Shown here piece by piece: positions 8,778-15,382 of a stretch of 32,000 nucleotides of DNA. Under the pieces are notes generated by a model. The model had not been told where the DNA came from, did no database searches, and saw nothing but the letters and a program-made list of their open reading frames with translations. The position numbers were made by a program, and so were the translations under genes. The stretch is from Candidatus Velamenicoccus archaeovorus (lineage in GTDB: Bacteria; Omnitrophota; Gorgyraeia; Velamenicoccales; Velamenicoccaceae), in contig NZ_CP019384.1 of assembly GCF_004102945.1 (NCBI RefSeq), forward strand, positions 1,920,001 through 1,952,000, in the 5' to 3' direction. Position 1 is the first letter of the stretch; every line of letters begins with the position of its first letter.

Positions 8778-9372
8778 TTTTTACTCCCGCAAACTGATTG
8801 ATGATATAGCGAAGCTCCGCGTCCAGCATCTCGCAGATAACCTTCGGCTCCTGCTGGTACAATTTAGGCGCGATGTATTTCGGCAGTCGTAAAAAACCAG
8901 CCTTAATTCCCCTTATCTGATTTTTAATTAATGACGCGTGATCTGCGAAAGGAATAAGCTCGCCTTCTTTTTGCTTTAATTCGAGCTCGCTTAGTTTGGC
9001 GCGGTTCTTGCGGTATTCGTTTTCCCAATAATCCTTGCTGCCGTCTTCGGGGTTTTGCGAGGCGTAAAACCATTTGAAGACCTCGCTGACTTTAAAACGG
9101 TATATCTCGCCCTGCGAATCCCGGATAACCGGCATTCCCTGCTTTATGTAACGCCGGACCATGCGGGGAGACTTTTCTAAAAATACTGAAATTGTCCCAA
9201 GGTCAACCGTTCCGTCAAGTACGTTGGTTTCTTTTCTCTGTTCGGACTTTTCAAACTCCTCAAGCTCCTTAAGCTCCTTGGCAGACAGCGTTCCCCGCTG
9301 CAATTTCTCAACAAGAGAGATATAGCGTTTCTTCCGGGCAATCTCTATTAGGTTCTGGCTTTTTTCATCCAT
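8746..9372 (-). CDS. Terminase small subunit, Nu1-like
   Basis: 208 aa. It has a MerR-like HTH segment (ISVFLEKSPRMVRRYIKQGMPV...FKVSEVFKWF) and overlaps the terL start. Confidence 0.65.
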   Translation of the reverse strand: MDEKSQNLIEIARKKRYISLVEKLQRGTLSAKELKELEEFEKSEQRKETNVLDGTVDLGTISVFLEKSPRMVRRYIKQGMPVIRDSQGEIYRFKVSEVFKWFYASQNPEDGSKDYWENEYRKNRAKLSELELKQKEGELIPFADHASLIKNQIRGIKAGFLRLPKYIAPKLYQQEPKVICEMLDAELRYIINQFAGVKSEDKDSQSNS

Positions 9373-10672
9373 TGCTATTTTCTCTATGCGCCTTCCTTCC
9401 AGAAAATTCCTCCCATCTTTTGACAGCTACGTCGCAAAAGATAGGCTCAATCTCCATTGCATAGCAGCGCCTATTTAACCGCTCAGCTGCGATGATCTGC
9501 GAACCGGACCCGCTGAACGGCTCATAACAAATATCTCCGGGCGAAGTATGCACGCGCATAGGAATAGCGAAGACCTCCGTAGGTTTAACCGTTGGATGAT
9601 GCAGCCCAGGGTTGCGCTTCTTGCCTTCCCAGTCAAGCTCCCAAACATCCGTATGATATTCTGCTTGAGTTGGATCGCCTGAGCGCAAGAAATCTATCAT
9701 CCACACGCTGCCGATAGATTTGTCTTTTGGTTTATAGGGCGGTTTTTGTCCTTTAATCCACATGAGAAGACACGGCTCATGCCTCCAAGAATAAAACGAA
9801 TATGTCAAAACCGCGCAAGGCTTCACCCAAATAATCTGCTGATGGGCAAGAATACCCAGTTCATCGCAGATATCCTCAATCATGCCTCTTCGTTTTGAGG
9901 CATGCCAAAGATAGAGCGCGGTATTTTCTTTGATATGCTTAAGGCCCACCTCATAAAACTTCTTTATAAATTCCTTGGCATCCGGAATATCAACCTCATG
10001 GTAGACGCCAGACCAGTCATGCCCGCCGGTAGGCCTGTCAGCGCCGGTGTAATCAACGCAGTAAGGCGGATCCGTAGCAAACAAACTCGCCTTCTGATTA
10101 TCCATAAGCCGCGCCACATCCCCCTCGTTTGTAGAATCGCCACAAAGAAGCCGATGTTCGCCCAAAATCCAAAGGTCGCCTCTTTTGGTAATTGCTTCTT
10201 TAGGCGGTTCGGGAATATCATCCAGTAGTGTCTTGCCGTCGCCTAAATTCTCAACGCCCATGTCTCCAACGCTGTCACGCAAATTCTTAAGTCTCAAAGC
10301 AAGATAATCATCAGCTGCCTCCTTGCGCAGCCTCTCCAAAAGCGGAATGAGCGCCTGCGTCCACTGCCCGGCAATCTCCTGGTTATTGAGCGTCACATTC
10401 ATTGCCTGTTCCTGGATCTCATCAACGTCAACCAAAATAGCCGGTGCAGTCTCAACACCCTCTGCCTGCAGAATCTTATAGCGCTGATGCCCTGAAATGA
10501 TATGCATATTGCGTTTATTTACTACCAGCAAGTCTACGTAACCGAACTTCTCCAGGCTGTGCCGCAGGCCCGACAGGGCCTCATTCGTAATCTCCCGCGG
10601 ATTATAGGGAGCGGGCTTTATTTCTGACAACTTTATGTCACTGATTTCGGGCTTTATGTTAATCTTTGCCAC
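9365..10672 (-). CDS. ParB-like nuclease domain fused to a DNA methyltransferase (N6-adenine or N4-cytosine, beta class)
   Basis: GTG start with AGGAGG upstream. The N-terminus has ParB-like ...ISGHQRYKIL.... Motif IV is TDPPY and the later motif I is EPFSGSGS. No adjacent endonuclease was seen. Confidence 0.85.
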   Translation of the reverse strand: MAKINIKPEISDIKLSEIKPAPYNPREITNEALSGLRHSLEKFGYVDLLVVNKRNMHIISGHQRYKILQAEGVETAPAILVDVDEIQEQAMNVTLNNQEIAGQWTQALIPLLERLRKEAADDYLALRLKNLRDSVGDMGVENLGDGKTLLDDIPEPPKEAITKRGDLWILGEHRLLCGDSTNEGDVARLMDNQKASLFATDPPYCVDYTGADRPTGGHDWSGVYHEVDIPDAKEFIKKFYEVGLKHIKENTALYLWHASKRRGMIEDICDELGILAHQQIIWVKPCAVLTYSFYSWRHEPCLLMWIKGQKPPYKPKDKSIGSVWMIDFLRSGDPTQAEYHTDVWELDWEGKKRNPGLHHPTVKPTEVFAIPMRVHTSPGDICYEPFSGSGSQIIAAERLNRRCYAMEIEPIFCDVAVKRWEEFSGRKAHRENSNG

Positions 10673-10906
10673 TCTGTCCTCCTTTTCATAACCTCTTTAG
10701 AAACATATAGTTAAATAAAAAAGATAGTCCCCCGCCTTTACCGGGTAAGACCCATTTTCATTGACATTGACATCAATTTTTTAAGCCATAATCACTGAAA
10801 GCCCGCGCCTCGCCCGACCCGCGCCAAACCCGGCCGGGAAGGACCCAAAAGCATTAAAAACGAGTTATTCACAGATTTCACAACCTCTACTACTATCTTT
10901 TGTTAG

Positions 10907-11377
10907 TTATCTCTTGTTTAATATCTCTTGTTCGGGTGACACGGGCGTCACTACCTCTGGTGACACCTGTGTCACCACTCCAGTGACAGCCCTGTCACTG
11001 GTGACATCGGTGTCACTACTTGGCTGTGGATAACTTCTCGGCCCGGGCATGTTAAGCAGCTTATAAATATTCGGCTTGCCTTTCTTCCTCTCAATAGAGA
11101 TAGCCTTCAGCTGCTCCAAGTGCTTAATAGCGCGCATGATTGTGCGCCGGGATACTCCGCAGTGATATGCCAATGTAGTGACTGAAGGAAAACAATCCTG
11201 CGCCTTAAAATTAGCGTAATAACAAAGCCATGAATAAACAGCAACGCCCATGGTGCCAGCGCTCTCACTTATAATCCTTAACGCTGCCTTATCTATCCAA
11301 AGGAATTTGCCATCGCGCAAATCCCTGATATCAATCTTTTCGCTTCCCATAAAAACTGCCTTCTTAAACGGACACAA
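10907..11377 (-). CDS. HTH (HTH_36-like) DNA-binding protein, replication-initiator-like
   Basis: FPSVTTLAYHCGVSRRTIMRAIKHLEQLKAISIERKKGKPNIYKL matches the winged-helix pattern I recall for phage and plasmid initiator N-terminal domains. The C-terminal tail is dictated by the DNA repeats in the next feature. Confidence 0.6.
   Translation of the reverse strand: MCPFKKAVFMGSEKIDIRDLRDGKFLWIDKAALRIISESAGTMGVAVYSWLCYYANFKAQDCFPSVTTLAYHCGVSRRTIMRAIKHLEQLKAISIERKKGKPNIYKLLNMPGPRSYPQPSSDTDVTSDRAVTGVVTQVSPEVVTPVSPEQEILNKR
10936..11016. repeat. Array of four GTGAC-N6-GTCAC palindromes (iteron or operator candidates)
   Basis: The sites are 10936-10951, 10960-10975 (extended GGTGACAC-CT-GTGTCACC), 10983-10998 (extended CAGTGACAG-CC-CTGTCACTG) and 11001-11016. 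Site starts are spaced 24, 23 and 18 bp apart. Confidence 0.75.
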
Positions 11378-11609
11378 GCTCGTACCAGGCCATCTTGCCT
11401 TTGAGATTTCTCCGGATGCATTCTTCCTTGCTTATTTTTCTTACTAAGCCTTGCCGGACAAAATCCCGAATCGTCCTGTCGGCCCGGAGATAATAATTCT
11501 TAGTGCCAAAGGAGATGACTTCAGCTTTAGAGAAAATCCTCTTTTGCTTACACCAGCTCAAGAGTTGCTTCTCCTTGGATAAGAATAAATCTCCCTGGCC
11601 ATCATCCAT
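11364..11609 (-). CDS. Hypothetical phage protein (81 aa)
   Basis: The ORF overlaps its neighbours in operon fashion. No motif was recognised. Confidence 0.5.
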   Translation of the reverse strand: MDDGQGDLFLSKEKQLLSWCKQKRIFSKAEVISFGTKNYYLRADRTIRDFVRQGLVRKISKEECIRRNLKGKMAWYELVSV

Positions 11610-11615
11610 TGCTCT

Positions 11616-11798
11616 CTACCGCCCTCCGATAATTAAAACGATGCCGATGACGATCGCTGAAATTGCAAATAGCCAAATCAGCATCCTTATGAATTCTTTT
11701 GGATCCTTGCCAAACGGCCGGTTTGCCTCGATGAGTCTATCTCGGTTATACCGGCTCAAGCCTTGATAGAGTCTCTTTAGTCCCTGAATAACTTTCAT
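11616..11798 (-). CDS. Small membrane protein (60 aa, C-terminal TM helix)
   Basis: A basic N-terminal 35 aa is followed by the hydrophobic stretch LIWLFAISAIVIGIVLIIGG. The start overlaps the upstream stop. Confidence 0.45.
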   Translation of the reverse strand: MKVIQGLKRLYQGLSRYNRDRLIEANRPFGKDPKEFIRMLIWLFAISAIVIGIVLIIGGR

Positions 11799-12070
11799 GG
11801 CTCCTCACCCCTCCTTATTCTTTCCACGGTGAATTTATCCTCACCGAGTTTGCGGGTCATTATTCCGATAAATATCTGAGCGATGTATTCTCCGACTTCG
11901 CTTGAGGTAACGATAGCCACCTTATCATCCGTGGCCAGGTAACTGGCATGCAGTCTGACTTTGGCCGGACCAAAGGTATATTCTGCGGTCTCAATGGCGC
12001 GGGCAATTTGCTTCTCAATAGCTTTCTTGCCTATCTTTTCCTGGAATTTGAACTTGCATATATCGGTCAT
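11795..12070 (-). CDS. Hypothetical phage protein (91 aa)
   Basis: It is the first ORF downstream of promoter-like module A. No motif was recognised. Confidence 0.5.
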   Translation of the reverse strand: MTDICKFKFQEKIGKKAIEKQIARAIETAEYTFGPAKVRLHASYLATDDKVAIVTSSEVGEYIAQIFIGIMTRKLGEDKFTVERIRRGEEP

Positions 12071-12079
12071 TTTCTTTGC

Positions 12080-12121
12080 CCCTATATATGTATACAGATT
12101 TTTTTCTTAAACTGTCACACC
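12080..12121 (-). promoter_or_regulatory. Promoter-like module A (TGTGACA-N7-AAAAAAATC-TGTATACAT...)
   Basis: 12088-12121 matches 13053-13086 at 33 of 34 positions. Read on the minus strand, GTGACA is followed 18 nt later by TATACA. The module ends ~10 nt before ATG 12070. Confidence 0.45.
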
Positions 12122-12132
12122 TCGTGTAAGAA

Positions 12133-12705
12133 TTATTTCAGGTAGTCCCTTAGTCCCTCCTTTTCAAAGAGTTCTCTTATCCGAGCTATCTCACGGTGAA
12201 TAATCATTCTATGTTTATTAAGCTGCCTAGAGGCCTCGCTGATAGTCAGGCCTTCTTCGCCAAGCAACTTGCATAATTTCTGTTGCTGCGGAGTAAGCTT
12301 CTGGTAGATTCTGGAAAGCTCTAACTTGAGTTCAGACTTAATTTGCGGCAGGACATCATCGCTTTCAGTGAGTTTATCTTTTAAGGCAGGCTCATCTTCA
12401 TTGTCATTAAAGGGCTCATCCAGGGATACACTCTCGTAAATCGCTTTCCTCTTATCAGCACTAGCTTTCTCGGCAAGATTGATAAGCATATTCCTGACAA
12501 CCTCAGCCATATATGTCCTTTTTGAAGCGCCACGCTTTGTATCGTAGCGATCGCGGACATCAAGCCAGCGCATAAGACATTCCTGCAATAAATCATCCAA
12601 TCCTTCCCGCGCCAAATATGTGCGCTCTTTTCTGTAATCATTGATAACTTTCTTGGCAACCGCAATCTCCCAACTCTCAAATAAACCTCCGTAATTGAGA
12701 CTCAT
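12133..12705 (-). CDS. Sigma-70 family (ECF-like, two-domain) sigma factor, phage-encoded
   Basis: The region-2-like segment is LLQECLMRWLDVRDRYDTKRGASKRTYMAEVVRNMLINL. The region-4.2 HTH-like segment is LTPQQQKLCKLLGEEGLTISEASRQLNKHRMIIHREIARIRELF. Confidence 0.75.
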   Translation of the reverse strand: MSLNYGGLFESWEIAVAKKVINDYRKERTYLAREGLDDLLQECLMRWLDVRDRYDTKRGASKRTYMAEVVRNMLINLAEKASADKRKAIYESVSLDEPFNDNEDEPALKDKLTESDDVLPQIKSELKLELSRIYQKLTPQQQKLCKLLGEEGLTISEASRQLNKHRMIIHREIARIRELFEKEGLRDYLK

Positions 12706-12706
12706 G

Positions 12707-12738
12707 AGACACCTCCTTTTTTATTTCTTGAGGTGTCT
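12707..12738 (-). promoter_or_regulatory. Hairpin sequestering the Shine-Dalgarno of the sigma factor gene
   Basis: Minus-strand RNA reads AGACACCTC-14 nt-GAGGTGTCT-C-AUG. The 9-bp perfect stem contains GAGGTG of the AAGGAGGTG SD, and the start codon lies 1 nt after the stem. Confidence 0.45.
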
Positions 12739-12821
12739 TTAAATGAGCCCTAAGTAAACATTAGCCCTTTAAAACTATGAAGTAAATCACGGAGGTCTCA
12801 CAAATATATAAAGAGATACCG

Positions 12822-13037
12822 CTATTTATACCTTTTTACTTTCGTAAGATCATCGATTCCAAACAGCTCTCTTTGCGTTGGCTCTCTGCCCAGGATGTCG
12901 GTCAAAACTTTTATCACTGCCTCGCAGAGTTTTCTATTTCGCTGCTCTCTCTGTGAAGGCGAAAGGTTCTTCGCGTAAACCACCTGAATCCGGTTCCCGA
13001 ATCGCTTATTAAAATCGTCTTTTATCCCTCGTGCCAT
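12822..13037 (-). CDS. Hypothetical phage protein (71 aa), first gene of the leftward unit at the switch
   Basis: The ORF has GGGAG upstream of its ATG and lies directly downstream of promoter-like module B. No motif was recognised. Confidence 0.5.
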   Translation of the reverse strand: MARGIKDDFNKRFGNRIQVVYAKNLSPSQREQRNRKLCEAVIKVLTDILGREPTQRELFGIDDLTKVKRYK

Positions 13038-13044
13038 ATTTGCT

Positions 13045-13129
13045 CCCTACAGATGTATACAGATTTTTTTCTCAAACTGTCACACCCCTGTGACAAATTG
13101 TTAAAAAAATCGGTATATACATATAGAGG
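13045..13129. promoter_or_regulatory. ~85-bp imperfect palindrome made of two back-to-back promoter-like modules (B leftward, C rightward)
   Basis: The centre is TGTCACA-CCCC-TGTGACA (13078-13095). Both arms continue as TGTGACA-N7-AAAAAAATC-nGTATA(TA)CAT..TAG.GG. Confidence 0.55.
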
Positions 13130-13207
13130 CATCGATTCCTCTTGACTTGTAGGGGTTTTGTTATAGGGTTGGGGTGTCCAAAAAATCTGAAAGGAGGTGA
13201 CTACCAC

Positions 13208-13552
13208 ATGACTGCAGAGCAGAAAAAGAAAGACCGGGAGTTTTTGCATAAACTTCATGCCAAGCATTACGGCAAGAAAAAATCAAAAACTCAAAAAGCC
13301 AAGGCGCCGGTTGACAATTCTCCCTCTCCTAAAGAAGGCGTTATCTTGGCAGCGGGCAGCACGCGCAACGAGCTAATGCTAGAGGCTAAGCAGCGCGGAG
13401 TTAAGAATTTCCGGGTGCTTAACAAGCAGGAGCTCGCCGACGCGCTAAAGAATATCGGCGATCAAAAGACTGTCGATACCATTGTGGCCGGGGCCGTGGC
13501 CAGATGGAAGGCTGGCTGGGGCAAAGGCAAAACGCGGAAAGCCCAGGCATAG
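13208..13552 (+). CDS. Basic protein with a SAP/Rho_N-like helix-extension-helix segment (114 aa)
   Basis: Re-called to start at ATG 13208, with AGGAGGTG 8 nt upstream. TRNELMLEAKQRGVKNFRVLNKQELADAL resembles the Rho N-terminal / SAP motif. Both termini are Lys-rich. Confidence 0.55.
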   Translation: MTAEQKKKDREFLHKLHAKHYGKKKSKTQKAKAPVDNSPSPKEGVILAAGSTRNELMLEAKQRGVKNFRVLNKQELADALKNIGDQKTVDTIVAGAVARWKAGWGKGKTRKAQA

Positions 13553-13561
13553 CTATTCTTA

Positions 13562-13594
13562 GCCGCCAGGCAGAAGACGCTCCTCTGCCTGGCG
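13562..13594 (+). promoter_or_regulatory. Perfect 12-bp stem-loop between the 114-aa ORF and the integrase gene
   Basis: CCGCCAGGCAGA-9 nt-TCTGCCTGGCGG. No U tract follows. It lies 30 nt upstream of the int ATG. Confidence 0.5.
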
Positions 13595-13624
13595 GATGCC
13601 TGCACTCAAATGTGGTAGAAATCT

Positions 13625-15316
13625 ATGATCATAAAACCTAAGACAGATAAAACAACCAACAAAAAACGCTACGTTATCTATACGCGCTGCTCCACTGACG
13701 ACCAGGCCCAGGGAGATTTTACTACCCTGGACAGCCAAGCCTACCACTGCAAAAACTTGCTGGATGCCTTTGGATATGAGCTCGCCAAGATAGGCAACAA
13801 AGGTCGAATAGACGATGACGGATACTCCGGCAAGGATCTTGACCGGCCCGGCATCCAGATGATTATTGACCACGTGCGTAGAGGAACTGCCCCTTTTGAC
13901 GGAATAATCTTCTTCCGTCTTGACCGCCTGACCCGTAATACCCGGGACCTCTACTGGCTTATTGATCTATTCAACTCCAAAGAGATCGCTTTCGTATCCG
14001 TACGCGAGAATCTTGACAGCTCAACCGCCATAGGCAGAGTGGTCATTGGTATACTTGGGATCTTGTCAGCCTTTGAGCGGGAGCTTACCGGCGAGCGCGT
14101 GAAAGCCTCCGCTATTGCCCGGGTGCGCCAAGGCAAATGGGTCGGCGGGATGCTGCCTTACGGATATAAGCTTATACCAGACGGACAACCTCTACCTAAC
14201 GGCCGCCAGCCACACAAGATTGTCCTTGATGAGAAGATATCTCTCCATCTTAAAGCTATCTGGGAGATGGCCGCAGATAATAAATCACTTACGCAGGTAG
14301 GCCTTGAACTACATAGGCGCGGGCTAAAAACTCTAAACGGCAAGGAATGGCGCAGGCAGGTTATCTCAAGGATCTTAAAGAATCCCTTCTATAAGGGCTA
14401 CATCCAGTACAGCGGAGAGTATCATAAAGGCACTCATCCTCCAATTGTAGAAGAGTGGCTATGGGAAAGGGCCAACAAGATATTAAACGCAAGACTCCCC
14501 GGCCACAACTTTGTGCAGAAGGAAAGATTCTACGAATACCTACTTGCAGGGATCATCAGATGCGGCGATTGTGGCAGCCATATGGTCTGCAATTTCTCGG
14601 GCGGCCGCGGCCGGAGAAAGTTCTTTTATTATGAATGCAGCCGCGCTAAGCAAGCCCTGGGATGCAAGGCTGCGCGCATCTCCGCAACCACTTTTGACAA
14701 AGCCATAATCGATTATTTCAGGCGGGCATCCAAGGACAAAAGCATTATTATAAAAGCCCTTGGCGACGCAATGCTCGAGTCGCAGGCAAAGCTTGAAAAG
14801 ATAGAGGCAGACCTTAAAGAAAAGGAAACCAGGCTAAACGGGTTCCGGCACCAGGCAAATAAGCTGCTGGAATTAGCCCTGGGTAATGCCGTCACCAAAG
14901 GCTCCACCTATAAAGACAAGATGAATGACCTGGAAGCCGAGATCGCAAAACTTGAAGACGAGATAGACAAGCTGCAGGCCCAGAAGCGAGTTGCCAGCAT
15001 AAACGCCTGCTCCGGTGAGCTCGTATACCGAACCATGGGCTTTGCCATACAACACCTCGAAGATGCCTCTCCGGAAACCCAGAAAAGCCTCATACAAGCC
15101 CTGATCAAGGATATCTACGTGTATAGCGACCGGCTGGTAATCAATATGTATGTTGACGAACCTCTTGAAGGCATCCTCCCTACCGAAATAGCCTCTATAA
15201 ACGAAAAGCGCCCTACAGAAGCCTGTAAGGCGCTTGCATCCACTGTATCGCTACCCGAAGTTTCGGATAGTTGTCAACAATGGCTGCCCCGCTTGGACTC
15301 GAACCAAGACACCTAG
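13625..15316 (+). CDS. Large serine recombinase (phage integrase)
   Basis: 563 aa. The N-terminal resolvase motif is YVIYTRCSTDDQ. A central recombinase domain is followed by a zinc ribbon (CGDCGSHM...YYECS) and a coiled-coil region (EKIEADLKEKETRL...EAEIAKLEDEIDKLQ). The last 36 nt overlap the tRNA on the opposite strand. Confidence 0.9.
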   Translation: MIIKPKTDKTTNKKRYVIYTRCSTDDQAQGDFTTLDSQAYHCKNLLDAFGYELAKIGNKGRIDDDGYSGKDLDRPGIQMIIDHVRRGTAPFDGIIFFRLDRLTRNTRDLYWLIDLFNSKEIAFVSVRENLDSSTAIGRVVIGILGILSAFERELTGERVKASAIARVRQGKWVGGMLPYGYKLIPDGQPLPNGRQPHKIVLDEKISLHLKAIWEMAADNKSLTQVGLELHRRGLKTLNGKEWRRQVISRILKNPFYKGYIQYSGEYHKGTHPPIVEEWLWERANKILNARLPGHNFVQKERFYEYLLAGIIRCGDCGSHMVCNFSGGRGRRKFFYYECSRAKQALGCKAARISATTFDKAIIDYFRRASKDKSIIIKALGDAMLESQAKLEKIEADLKEKETRLNGFRHQANKLLELALGNAVTKGSTYKDKMNDLEAEIAKLEDEIDKLQAQKRVASINACSGELVYRTMGFAIQHLEDASPETQKSLIQALIKDIYVYSDRLVINMYVDEPLEGILPTEIASINEKRPTEACKALASTVSLPEVSDSCQQWLPRLDSNQDT

Positions 15317-15355
15317 ATCCAGAGTCTAGTGTCCTACCAATTAGACGACAGGGCA
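15281..15355 (-). tRNA. tRNA-Gln (anticodon CUG), CCA encoded
   Basis: Hand-folded cloverleaf: acceptor TGCCCTG/CGGGGCA (U1-A72, G73), D stem GTCT/GGAC, anticodon stem CTAGA/TCTAG with loop CT-CTG-GA, T arm CTTGG-TTCGAGT-CCAAG. Total length is 75 nt. Confidence 0.9.
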
Positions 15356-15382
15356 AAATGTATATTTAAGGTAATTTTACCT

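Larger units (their letters stand above)
1..15316. mobile_element. Integrated temperate tailed-phage segment (right-hand ~15 kb; continues past the left window edge)
   Basis: Uninterrupted block of packaging, head and tail genes plus a serine integrase. GC is visibly lower than in 15.8-32 kb. The block ends against tRNA-Gln. The left end and the second att site are not in the window. Confidence 0.8.

Noticed and set aside
10759-10790. Tandem TTGACA words as a plus-strand promoter
   Set aside because: No acceptable -10 lies at 16-18 nt: CATAAT sits at 14 or 20 nt. A transcript from here would only be antisense to the HTH gene.
12381-12680. 99-aa alternative-frame ORF inside the sigma factor gene
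   Set aside because: It is fully nested out of frame in a gene with clear sigma region 2 and 4 motifs. Its translation is not protein-like.
13142-13167. TTGACT ... TATAGG as the rightward promoter
   Set aside because: The spacing is only 14 nt. The GTGACA-18-TATATA arrangement in module C mirrors the leftward modules and is preferred.
15281-15355. tRNA-Gln as a phage-borne tRNA rather than the host integration target
   Set aside because: It sits exactly at the compositional and orientation boundary and overlaps the int 3' end, which is the usual signature of an att site. This cannot be formally excluded without the other prophage end.
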